DNA of 64,000 nucleotides from Chrysomallon squamiferum (Eukaryota; Animalia; Mollusca): NCBI GenBank assembly GCA_012295275.1, contig CM022670.1, positions 31,310,001 to 31,374,000 of the forward strand, read 5' to 3'. Shown piece by piece: positions 51,491 to 64,000 of this stretch (position 1 is its first letter; each line of letters starts with the position of its first letter). The notes under the pieces were generated by a model. It saw only the letters and a program-made list of their open reading frames with translations, ran no database searches and was not told where the DNA came from. The position numbers and the translations under genes were made by a program.

Positions 51491-53193
51491 GAACTTTAAA
51501 AAACAAAATTATAATAGTGAAGTAGAAAAAAAATTAAGTTTTGCGAGATGCTTCGTATGAACTTATTTCCTTTTGTAAAAAGTCATGTAATAAAGAATGA
51601 TCTGCATTTTTTTCTGAAATAAAGTTATTTTCATATTTTACAAAAATAAAATAATTAGCAGATCTGTAACGTCGACAGATTTGGAAAATGGATCCATCAT
51701 AATAAAAAGGGCGTCAACTTGTACACATCATTTAAGTTTCTTCTCTATTAACACAAACAAGAATGTTGATGATCTTTTACAATAAAAGATGCTCTCAGCA
51801 TACCCTAAATGACAGATATTGTCAACAGAATTTTAAAAAAAATGTACATTTAAAATTTTAAAATTTTATATAATATATATATATATATATATTAATTTAT
51901 TTATTTGTGAACGGAAGTACAGCAGTAATTAAACAATGCCTCATTTACATAAATAAAAACATAAATTTACACCACCATATTATGGACATTAAAAAAACGA
52001 TTACAATTTTCTTTGAATTTAAAAGAAAAAGAAAAAATGAGTAAGAAACAAAAAGTAACAGTTTAAAAGGTATATTATGTTATGTTATGTTATGTTATGT
52101 TATGTTGTACTGAAATGTATTTTATTGTATTATATTATTTACTTACTTATGTACTTGCTTTTAGTATTATGAATAAAAAATATACGTAATTTTTATTTTC
52201 CTTATTTACTGGTAATTTCATTGTATGAAAATGGAATGTATTACAGGTTATTTAATGTTATGAATTAATTATAATTTGCAGGCAAATTCTTGAATAGTTT
52301 CTTCAAGTTTGGTAAATTAATAAGCATTAACTATAATTAAATATCGCTAGTATTACGTGCGATATGATAATTAAAACTTGAGGAAGTAACCATTAGGAAA
52401 GTTGTTTAAACATTTAGAAGAAAATAATACGAGAATATACCCATTATGAAAATCAAAAACATAAAAGAAATAAAGTAAAATAAAATTTCATGGAAAAAAA
52501 AAAAATAGATGATGCCAAATGCTAGAATAAAAGATTAATGTTTAACGAAAGAAAGAATCTATTTCCGACTAACTATGCCCTTAATTTGGAAACCTAATAA
52601 TATGAAATCGTGTGTAAACTTATTTTGCTAAGAAAGCCTTCCATCATACTCCAGGAAGTTGTCAGTCGATAACGAGGCGCTTATGATAGATATCGATATA
52701 AGCGACATTCTCATTGGTTAAAATTTGTTCTTCCTTGTTGGATAATCTTGTTGATACGGTTTTTAAAAATATATACATACGTTATTATTTTAGTTTCTGG
52801 AATAATAGTAAACCTTTGAAGCTAAATAAATCTGTCACACATATTTCATTTGGAATTATAAAAAGATGTGAATACTATTGAAGCGAGATTTAAAACCTTT
52901 TCTTCTTTTAAAGCTTCCTGAAATCCGTAGACGTTTATTGTCATTTGTATCAAAAGAGCAAGCGATGAAAGAATGCAATAAATATAAAAGCAAATAACTT
53001 GGATGACGCAGGTCACAGAATTTGTATTTGATTTTATTTGTATTTGATTTGATTTTTTTTTTTTTTTTTTTTTTTTCTGTTTTAGAAAATCTATTTTTTT
53101 TTTTTTTTTATAATACGAAAATGAACAACAACAATAATACTATATAAATCACCATCGTTATCATCATCAAAACTGTCATGGACATACTTATTG

Positions 53194-53269
<76 letters not shown>

Positions 53270-54183
53270 ATATTGACACTGTTCATGTTTTTGCTGGGTT
53301 TTGGGGGGGTGTTGTTTTTTTGTATGTTTGGTGGGTCCTGTTATTATTATTATTGTCATTATCTCATTGTAATTTACAAAACACCACTGAAAAGCGATAA
53401 AAAACGACACTAGAAAGTAGGAAACACCAAAAAATAAATTTACAACAACTAAAAAAAAGATTTTCTAATGTATGCATAAAGAGAATAAGTTTGAAATCCG
53501 AATTCACAAGTGTGACGTTTTTATTGGTTTATTTTATTTATTTATTATCTTTTCCTTTATTTTTTTCTTTATTTTCTTTTCTTTTTTATTAATTAATTAA
53601 TTCATTTGTTTATTTATATTTTCATTTATTTTTATGAATATTTAGGAGATCATAATTAATATTTTTCTTGTAAGTCCTTCAACATGTGTAAGAGTTGTAA
53701 ATAAATTATGTTTTAATTATTAAGTTCATCTAAAGGTTGTTGACCTGGTTTAACCGAGTAATTCGCATTGTCATTAGAAGAATTAACGACTGTTGTTTTT
53801 TTGCGGCGGGGGGGGGGATTTTTACCAGCTAGTTAAATATGTATTTTTTTATTATTATTATTGTTGTTGTTGTTGTTGTTGTTGTTTTCAAATGTTGTTT
53901 GTTGTTTTTTGCTTCTTTTTTTTTTCATTTTAAATTGATAACACCTAGTTAAACATTATTTATTATTATTATTGTTGTTGTTAGTTCTTTATATTGTTGT
54001 TTTGCATGTTTTGTGTTTTTTTGTTTGTTTGTTCTTTTGTTGTTGTTGTTGTTGTTTTTATTATTATTATTTATTTTATTTTATTATATATATATTAGGT
54101 GTGAACAAAATGTAGAGTAAGTTTTAAAAAAAAAAAAAATAAATAAAAATTAATGTGCACAATTAACTCTGCCAAATTTCCAT

Positions 54184-54670
54184 GGATCCTACGAAAGTGA
54201 GTGCAGTGGACAGTGAGGGAAGAAGAAGCGGATGATGTCCATTTAATTAAAGCATGAAACATAAAAACATGATCGTGGTGTGCGTGTAGTCAACGTGGCT
54301 AGGTAGTACGAGCCTAATACTTTTACGATATGTACCATACTGAAGTAGCAGAAGTCGATAAAGGCTGAAACTCCAGCAAAAGGCGTTCAAATAATTTCTA
54401 AGCTGAGGACATCTGTCCATGAAAAGATGGAGAAACACTAACCCTGTACACTTTACAAAACCAATTTATTTTTTTACATTCTCTTTTATTTTGTCATTTA
54501 TGCATTCAGTTTTCGTATTTAAAAAAAAAACTTCGCAAAAAACAGTTGTGACATTTAGGGGGACGGAACGGATTAATGTTATTTCAATTAATTTCATTTG
54601 ATATACGAGCAAATTTGAGTTACGAGCTCTGTCACGGAACGAATTAAACTCGTATGTCGAGGTACCACTG
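54184..54670. mobile_element. Right-hand part of a Tigger/pogo-like non-autonomous DNA transposon
   Basis: It ends in ctcgtatgtcgaggtaccactg followed by TA (terminus CAGTGGTACCTCGACATACGAG on the minus strand), with internal tacgag repeats. The body is homologous to 28226-28516. Confidence 0.8.
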
Positions 54671-55530
54671 TATATTTAAAAACCTTTGATCAAATTATTC
54701 TTTCTCGTTTATTTATTTATTTATTATTTATATGTTGTTTTTTTTTTTTTACTTTCTTTCTTTTTTCTTTTCCTTTTTTAAATTTTATTAGCATTTTGAT
54801 GATGTTCATTTTTATTTATTTAATATATCTCCTTTCTTTAATCCTTTACCCCCCAGTTTGATTTTTTATTTCAAAAAAGCAGAACAGTTCAAAAAGAAAA
54901 AGTAACTGAAAGCAAAAACAGTACCAAAAATAATTTTTCAGAAAATAAGTTTTAAAAAAGGAAAATATTTTTGGACTAAATAAAAGAGTGGCGCGCACTG
55001 GATCCTTGCCAGTCCTTAGATCAGTCGTGGACAAAGAGTGACCCGCGGGCACGCGTATTTTCACGAGGAAAATAATGTTTATTAGTAGTGCGCCCAGTGA
55101 TGATAAGCCATATCTCATGCAGAAAAAAATTGCCCCTGTCTATCTTAGATCCAGCCGCTGATGAATATAGTAAAATATAGTATATGATTTAAGTAAAAGT
55201 GACCCGAAGTTCAAATACGTGTTGTAGATAAACGAGAGACAATGAAGAGATTCGAGCTGTCAGTCTGAATTTGACTTCCGCGTTTTAGGTTTACTCGACA
55301 AAATAAACTATAGACCCAAAATTCTACAGTCCAAGGCCGTAGTTGTACGATTTGTTTTCTCTTCAAGAAATGTTGTCGTTGATATTTTTAATGCTGCTTT
55401 TGCTGCTGCTACTTCTGATACTGCTTTTGTTTTGCTTTTGAATTGTATTATTATTTTTTTACGTTTTCTTTATTATTTTTTTAAAAATAATTTAGACGGT
55501 TTTCGTCTTCTTAAACAAACAAATCAAACA

Positions 55531-55740
55531 AAGAAATGTTTTTTATAACGACGCACAGAACGCATTTTTAATCACCTGTAGTAAGAAATGGAACCATCCA
55601 ACCACACCAGTAAGATATTTTTTTCATACACTTTCCCACAGATAGTCTTTGATAGATGCCCATTCCAAAACCACTTGAGTTTACAGGAAAGGCAACATCT
55701 CACCTGTGCTGTGCGCTCTAACCTGCAAACTACAGCCTGT
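55531..55740 (-). mobile_element. Degenerate SINE-like remnant
   Basis: aagaaatgttttttataacgacgcacagaacgcattttt...tttcccacagatag...gcgctctaacc resembles from memory the reverse strand of a tRNA-derived gastropod SINE. It is related to 51181-51490. Confidence 0.4.
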
Positions 55741-56360
55741 CATCCCTATTAACAGAAAATGAAAGAAAACGGACCTACGGTCCTTTTATGTATGACTAGT
55801 CTCATGATAATCTTAAAAACATATTTATTTTCCAAAATATATTTCATCGTCAGGTATACAACGACATCTTGTACGTGATACTAACTACATAGTTATGACA
55901 TTTACAGAATTCAGATTTATGAAGCAAGAGAAAGTCAACAGGTATGTAAGCCTGTTTATTTTAATTTGGTTTCGGGTTTTTATGTGTTTGTACGTGTTAA
56001 AAAAAAGTGCGTTCATTTTTCAAACGCCTCTTATAAAAGGAATTTCGTGACTGATTTTTCAAAATTTATGTTTTGTATTTTCCGTGATCATGGGAAGTTA
56101 CATTTTAAATATCCTTTGCTGTATCATATATGTATACATAAATGTGTGGAAATGTTGATATATTCGTTGATGTGTTCCCTTTTATTTATTCCTCTGATAG
56201 TAAATATCTAAAGAGATTTAAAAATATTAATAATAAATAAATATTTATAACGACTTTCACTCTGGAAAGAAAAAGTAGCCAAACTGCTTATTTGTAAAAG
56301 GAATTAGATTTTTTCAATTAAAACTTTTAAAATGTTAATTTATTTTATTTTACTTCTTAT

Positions 56361-56363
<3 letters not shown>

Positions 56364-56410
<47 letters not shown>
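56364..56410. repeat. (CT)n microsatellite
   Basis: Perfect dinucleotide run. Confidence 0.95.
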
Positions 56411-56413
<3 letters not shown>

Positions 56414-57359
56414 AGAATAGATTGTTTATTTTTTTCGCCTGTCTTCTCATTATGTAGACAACGCTTTTAATGTCAGAACCAGTCGTTGAAGAAATAATTC
56501 AGCGCAGTACAGAAAAAAAATACGTCTTGTTATTTGCAGTGACAGGTTCGTGACCAACATACATCGGAAATTATGAAGTGTAAGATGTTGGATGCAGCCA
56601 CTGCAGGGCACTGTTTAAATGACGGTAGGTTTTTTATGGAAGACAGACGGTTGGGAGAATAACACTGAATTAGGATTACTTGCATATTTGTTGAAAAAAT
56701 GACTATATGGGTCAGAGTAAAGATATGCATGACCTCCCTTTGCACCTAATTTGGTCCTGTTTGTTTATTTATAGAAGAAGTGGAGGACACACAGATATAA
56801 ATAAATAAATAAATAAATAAATGATGATGATGATGATTATAGCTGTTATTATTATTATTATTGTTATTGTTATTATTACTATAATGTTTATTATTATTAT
56901 TATTATTATTATTAACATTCGATCGCTCGAGATGTGTTGTGTTAAAACACGTTAAGTAGATATGCATTCAATAAAATAAATAAAATAAAAATACTCCATA
57001 AAGATTTTATTATTTTTTAAACTTTATTCATGTCCATTACTTCTAAATGTTAAACATTAAATTTATTCTGTGTAAATTCCATACCAAACCGCGACATGAC
57101 CACAAAGTCTAGACAAATAAAAGAACCAATTAATTAAAGTGGATTGGAAACTGCTAAGTCATGTTTAAACCTAGGTGACTAGAGTACATTTCCGAGTTTT
57201 AAAAATAGTTTAAATTTCAGTTTCATTTTAATTTAATTTTCTGTATAAACATTTTTTATTTATTTATTTATTTTTATATTTTTATATTTTTTTTTTTATT
57301 CTCCTTAAAATATGTATTTCATTTTTAAAATTACCCAGCATAATAATGACACGCTGATA

Positions 57360-58310
<951 letters not shown>

Positions 58311-58558
58311 AAATATTAAATAAAGTGTCTTTGTTTTTCCACTTTCATTATTTAATTTTATCCAAAATTTCTTAGACATCAGGAAAACAATACACACCTG
58401 TACATACGGATATGGAATTGTATTCTCATTTTTTTAGTTGATTTTAAGAATTTAATTTATATGCCGCAGTTAAAGTAAATTTCGATTTCAGATACCTGCC
58501 ATTTCAAATTTTAAACAGCATATTTTATTGTTGTTGTTATTAAACTATTATTATTAAA

Positions 58559-58600
<42 letters not shown>

Positions 58601-59177
58601 ATAATAACAACAACAACAGCAACAACAATAATATAATCACAACAGTATTAGGGATAAGAGTAGCAATAGTAATAGCAGTTGTATTAGTAGTGGTTGTAGC
58701 AGTAGCTGCAGCAACAGAGGAAAAAGTATTAGTGATAGCAGAAAACAAAACAAACAACAATAATAATCATTTTACTTAATAACAGACTTATGTTCATAGT
58801 TAAATTCATATGTTTTAATATGTACATTTAAAAAATTTAAATATTCTGCACACCAGGACGCATGTCAGTTTAGTAGTCATTTATATTTTTCACAGTATTG
58901 TCACAAACTGTCACTTCCTTCAGTATGTTGTCAATGATGATTAACTGACAACGTTTTCTAGATCTGTCAAATTTTATTATTTTTTCATCTTTCGTTGATG
59001 TGCTATTATCTTTAGTTAATTTTTCGACACTTCTATTCTGGATCAATCTTTAGCTTTCGTGAATATTTTTTAACTTTCTCGTGTTCAGTTCTGAGGTAGA
59101 AAATTGATTAATTTTGTTTTCAAAAGGGACTCTGTAATATGATTTCCAGTGAAATCTTCTTGAACAAAGTTAACAAT

Positions 59178-59891
59178 TCATTTTCCGGCCATCGTTAAGT
59201 TGTGTTCACAGAATTCTCCCTGAAACCCTGCAGGACAGTTACATCGAAATGTCACGCGAACTATGTCATATTCGTCATTCATTTTCACCTCTCTGAAACA
59301 AACTCCTCCGTTCACACACTTTTTATCACAAAGTTCTTCACAGAAAACTCCGGTATATGGAAACGTACATTGACACTTGTATCCAAGAAAAGCCCTAGCA
59401 CAATAGCCGCCATGATGGCAGACGAAATTCTTGGCGCACTCGCTAGCTTGTTTTTTCACATTTTCTTCTATAACAGAGAAATTTGGTTCTGGTAGTTTAT
59501 CAAGATTCTCCTCAACCACTGGTGTAGAAGGTTTAGGCTTTTCTTTCAGTGTGCGTCGAATCTCGCACGAATCGCCTTCGAATCCAAAGGGACACTCACA
59601 GTACTCGATACCGTTTTTAAACGAGCATTTGCCTCTTCCACATTTTAGTTTGCATTCCGTGGGGATGTCGCAAAAATATCCGCTCCAACCTTTCTCACAC
59701 TGACAAACTATTTTGTTGCCAGAAACCTGCTGGTTTTCTTTGCAAATGCCGTTCTTGCATCTGACGTTGCAAGCCATCGTCAAGAAAGCTCTGAATCCTT
59801 GAAAGGCGTTTTGAACGGTGGTTGGCAGATTTAAACAAATAGAAATCAATAAAAGCCACGAAAATCCTGATATCATTGTATTTATCATCAT
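59178..59891 (-). CDS. Secreted protein with four EGF-like domains, 237 aa, single coding exon
   Basis: The first ATG is at 59891; the ORF track starts at a GTG at 59912, and an in-frame TAA lies upstream at 59919-21. A hydrophobic signal peptide (GFSWLLLISICLNLP) precedes four complete six-cysteine EGF modules ending CQCEKGWSGYFC, CECPFGFEGDSC, CQCTFPYTGVFC and CNCPAGFQGEFC. There is no transmembrane segment. AATAAA lies on the minus strand at 58973-78. Confidence 0.88.
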   Translation of the reverse strand: MMINTMISGFSWLLLISICLNLPTTVQNAFQGFRAFLTMACNVRCKNGICKENQQVSGNKIVCQCEKGWSGYFCDIPTECKLKCGRGKCSFKNGIEYCECPFGFEGDSCEIRRTLKEKPKPSTPVVEENLDKLPEPNFSVIEENVKKQASECAKNFVCHHGGYCARAFLGYKCQCTFPYTGVFCEELCDKKCVNGGVCFREVKMNDEYDIVRVTFRCNCPAGFQGEFCEHNLTMAGK

Positions 59892-60190
59892 CTTTAAATA
59901 CTCATTAAACACTTTTCTTTACTTTCTTTTTGGGTTTTTTATTTGTTTTCTGTTTTCTTCTTCTGGTTTTTTTCAAATTAACTCTGAACTTAAGTCAAAT
60001 TTTACTGTTTCTGATTCGCTTTTCTCAAACGGCTTCTTCAATTTTTAGTCACAGATAAAACCTTACAGAATTAATTCTCAAAACAGTTTCTTTTTAATCG
60101 GCAGCCGTATAACTAATAACAAAATCCTATCTGCTTTCGATGTATTCACCAGTTGTTCGTAAAATGTTGAATCCATTGTTTGTTTTCTGA

Positions 60191-60276
60191 TTTAAATACT
60201 AACGTTACTGACCGCCAGTCCCCTCTTTTTTTCCGTGTTAATTTTTCTCATCTCCACAAACAGTTGACGTGATTGG
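60191..60276 (-). promoter_or_regulatory. Candidate promoter of the EGF-domain gene (CCAAT box overlapping an ATF/CRE-like TGACGTGA; TATA-like TATTTAAA)
   Basis: TGACGTGATTGG at 60265-76 and minus-strand TATTTAAA at 60198-60191, in a locally CpG-rich region 0.3-0.4 kb upstream of the ATG. Motif match only. Confidence 0.3.
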
Positions 60277-61032
60277 TTGTAACTGGTCGTCAATCTTCGT
60301 AGACGTGACGGCAGGCAGCACGATTGTCCGATTACTGTCAACAGTACCTTCTGTATTTCATTCATCATACAAAAACAATTAATACTTTATAAGAAAGGCC
60401 GCCTATCTGAAAAATAAAATTGTCTTTTTTGCATTAACTTTTAGGAAAGTTACTGTTAACTTATCTGTTAGTAATACAAGAGAAGACCCACCAGAGTTGT
60501 TACGGTTTTATAAATTAAATTAATATAGTTTTAAATATTATTCTAATTTTAATAAATGAATTTTTATAAAAAACAAAAAAGAAAAACAAAAAAAAGAAAT
60601 ATAGATTGGTTTAATATAATTTAAGCTGAGTTTTAATGAATTTAAATTTGACCTTTGTTCAAAATAGACACACACTACTTTTAGTTGTATGTCGATTACT
60701 TTTTACAAGTCATTTGTCATTGTGAGTCATTAACAACCGATTCTGCAGAAGAAAAAACATCAAATAAAAAGAAACGAAGGAAAAGTGAAAAAATAAAGGA
60801 TCATAAAAAATTCCACTCTGACAAGATGGACGTGTGAAGTGCCGGTTAAAGCTGCAAAATGTACAAGAAGTAATATTCAAAGGGAATGACAAAAATATTA
60901 ATAGTTGAATACATCACAGAGTACAGTCAGCCTACATTCAAATTATATAAATATATATATGTGTTTATATTTGTGTGTGTATGTGTGTGTGTGTATATAT
61001 ATATATATTGTTGTTATTGTTGCTACTACAAC

Positions 61033-61065
<33 letters not shown>

Positions 61066-62866
61066 CATCATCATCATCATCATCATCATTATTATTATTG
61101 TTATTGTTATTGTTATTATTATTATTAGTAGTAGTAGTAGTAGTATTATTATTATTATTATTTAATGATTACTACAGTAAATTACAGCTCTATAAAATTA
61201 AAGGTTTTGTTGGATAATATTATCTCAATTAAGATGTACATACTTGTAAATAATAATATTTAACTGACGAACTTCACCGCAATTAAAAAGAAAAATAAAA
61301 AAAAAAAGACAAGATGAAATAATAATATTTTTTTTTACTGATATGCATTCGCTTATTATGTTAAAATGAAAGTCGCTAACAGCTCTCACTCAGCAATCTT
61401 TTCTACTTGTTTGTTTTGTCTGTTTAGAAAAAATGAATGGATGGATGGACGAATCGACTGATGGATGGAAGGATTTTATCACCCTTTGGTTTTTACGCGC
61501 AAAACATTATAATATAATATTTACTTAGACGAGTTACTTTTAGCGTGTCGTTTCATAATATTATAGTCTTAGTGTAATATTTTTTCAGTCTATTAAAAGT
61601 TACTTTAACATTATCGTTTAGCCTAACTGAATAGTTACAAAACCATTTAATTTTGAAATAATAATAATAATAATAATAATAATTTTAATAATAATAATAA
61701 TATACTTTTTCAGATTTATCAGCTGTAAAGAAATGTCTTTATCAAGCGGTAATTTTTTATCATTTTTAAATCACTAAACGTGTTCAACATGACATATGAA
61801 AAAGACTACAAGTTCAATTTAAAAAAAAATTAATAATATACTGTAATAAATAAATTACTTTTAAAATTTTATTTGCATGTTTGTATTCGTGTATGTGCGC
61901 GTGCGCGCCCTTGAAAATGTGTGTGTATGTGTGTGTGTGTGTGTGTGAACAGTTTATAATAAAAAGCCATGGTACTGCACTTTATTTTAAGTGCTGATTC
62001 ATGAAAAAGTTGTTGAATTGCAATATCTTTTTTTTCCTTTTTCCATTTTAGAAATGCTTTAACATTATCTGTCGTTCACACGTTACACCTCAAATTAATT
62101 TTCGCTTATCTTTTCATAAATCGGAAATTGTAATACATTTACTGACCATGACCTAAATAGAGGTAAAAAAAAATTCTGAACAATATCGAATACTCGTCAT
62201 TAAAAACAGTTTAATCACCCAACAGAGTCGATTATTCCATGTACATCAAAACAATTTAATATTAATTAAAGAGGTCACCGTCAGCAGATGAAATTTTGTA
62301 AACTGATTTGAAATAATTTTCTCTTCAGGAAAAATAATAAACACAACTAAAAAAAAATAACAAAAATTAAAGTTTCTGCATTAAAATAATATTTTATTGA
62401 AAACAAAAATAAAACAAGATTTTTGACGATAATAAATAATTTAATTTAGCAGAGAAATAAATAAATAATATATATTTCAGTTCATGGAAAAGTCCGTTCA
62501 ATTTTCGCATTATCTAGTTTCTGTGGTGACAAGTTCCATCCCTCACATAGGTACAGCTCCACTGAACCAATAGTTCTGAAATATTTAAACGGATTTTTTA
62601 AATTAATTTTGAATTTATTGAAGAAAAGCTGTTAATTATGGGGAAAATATCAAACTGTGCCTGTATTTTATTTAAGACTTGTTTACAACTGAATTTGTTA
62701 GTTGATAGTTTTAAGATTTAATTACATTCCAAAGATGCTAATGTATTTAATTAGTTATGCGTCGTGTATGTGTTTATGTCTGTGTTCATCAACAAAAACA
62801 TTTATCCATATGCTTATATCTTTTAAAATAAATATGTATCTTTTATTGTATATAGAAAAGTATATG

Positions 62867-62938
<72 letters not shown>

Positions 62939-63497
62939 ATTACATCGATAAGAGAATGATACAGGAGGTTTTATATTTTATTTACATTTCACTCTACAAA
63001 ATATTACGATAAAATTCTAAAGCTCATTTTTTAAATTACGTTTTATACTTTGTAATAGTAAAGATGACAGCTAGAAACAATAAAATTCATTTGGAAATTT
63101 ACTTAATATAATTAGGTAACTTGTATTTAGCAAATGTATTTTGAAGAAGTTTTCGTTACCTTGTAAGGTTGACTGTAATTGCTTCCCCTGACGGAAGGAG
63201 CATACTAAAACAAAACAAAACAAAATAAACATTGTAAAGAGTATTATTAATGTATTCCTTACATAAAAAATTAATTATCCCTAGATTTGTTACACTTACT
63301 TAAACTAAAATACTGAATTCTTCTTTAAGTGAAAACGAAACAATGATAGACTTTAAAAACAGTTTTAATATTTCTTGTTTCTTAACAGCGATTCTAGTAG
63401 TAGTAGTAGTAGTAGCAGACATAGTAGCAGGGGTATCAGAATTGTTATTATTGTTGTTCTTTATTTTATTTTATTTTATGTAAATATTTATTTATTC

Positions 63498-63534
<37 letters not shown>

Positions 63535-63714
63535 TTTTTCATTCGTTTGAAGGTCTTTTAAAAAGTAAACGTTCTGGTTCTGTAAAAGAAGCCAGTCAGC
63601 GACTTTCCTCTCGTCATCTGAGTAATCCCTAATCGTAATTCATATTTCCACAATTACTCCGTAAGCCACGCCCCCTTAGTTACTGTAACTATATCCCACA
63701 AGCTAACATCCAAA

Positions 63715-63930
63715 ATGGCGAAATCGGAAAGTATTCCAGATGATGTGTCGGTTTCGTATCTTCCCGAGAGCTCGAGCCTTTCCAGAAAAGCACAAGAGAA
63801 TGGTTTAAATTATTTTATGCAATATATAAAAATTTCGGACGAATATAAAAAAGTGGGAACAGCGTGTTTCCTCTCTAGATATAGTGTGGTCCTTAACTAT
63901 ATATATCCGACACCATATAATCGTAAATAA
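63715..63930 (+). other. Possible 5' part of a gene or decayed transposon ORF near the window edge
   Basis: A strong AAAATGGCG start follows a GC-box-like GCCACGCCCC (63665-74), in CpG-rich non-repetitive sequence. The peptide SRKAQENGLNYFMQYIKIS...ACFLS recalls the N-terminus of SWIM/YqaJ proteins of ISL2EU-type transposons (recall only). Confidence 0.3.
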
Positions 63931-64000
63931 AATGTGTGGAGTGTGTCATCATATATAAGATTTGTTTCTTCGTTATTTCTGTTCAATGGCTACGCGTGGC

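Noticed and set aside
58870-59177. Stop-codon readthrough or a second ORF after the EGF gene
   Set aside because: The in-frame extension is only about 30 codons, lacks EGF cysteines and has no TGA-CTA readthrough context. The downstream open frame has no ATG.
59202-60048. Plus-strand ORFs opposite the EGF gene
   Set aside because: They are antisense shadows with non-ATG starts.

Overview
This is AT-rich, microsatellite-rich animal genomic DNA. A mollusc, probably a gastropod, is suggested only by recalled SINE similarity. Three protein-coding genes are well supported. (1) ECM29/ECPAS, the proteasome adaptor and scaffold, has 49 coding exons on + (5133-37682, about 1825 aa), reconstructed by hand from GT-AG junctions; exon 17 is one base short, which shifts the frame. 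(2) An intronless DBF4 (Cdc7 kinase activator) lies on + (39637-41484). (3) An intronless secreted protein with four EGF domains lies on - (59178-59891). Non-autonomous DNA transposons include a 2.8-kb Sola2-like deletion derivative with about 610-620-bp inverted repeats (48172-51001), two TA-flanked Tc1/mariner-type elements in ECM29 introns (15060-15826, 34872-36040) and two fragments of one Tigger-like family. There are also a 30-bp minisatellite, decayed local duplications, degenerate SINE-like remnants and short perfect hairpins. I found no tRNA, rRNA or CRISPR array, and no clearly new multi-gene system. The best leads are the ECM29 frameshift, the 2+2 EGF precursor and the intronless DBF4 with its unusual C-terminal tail.
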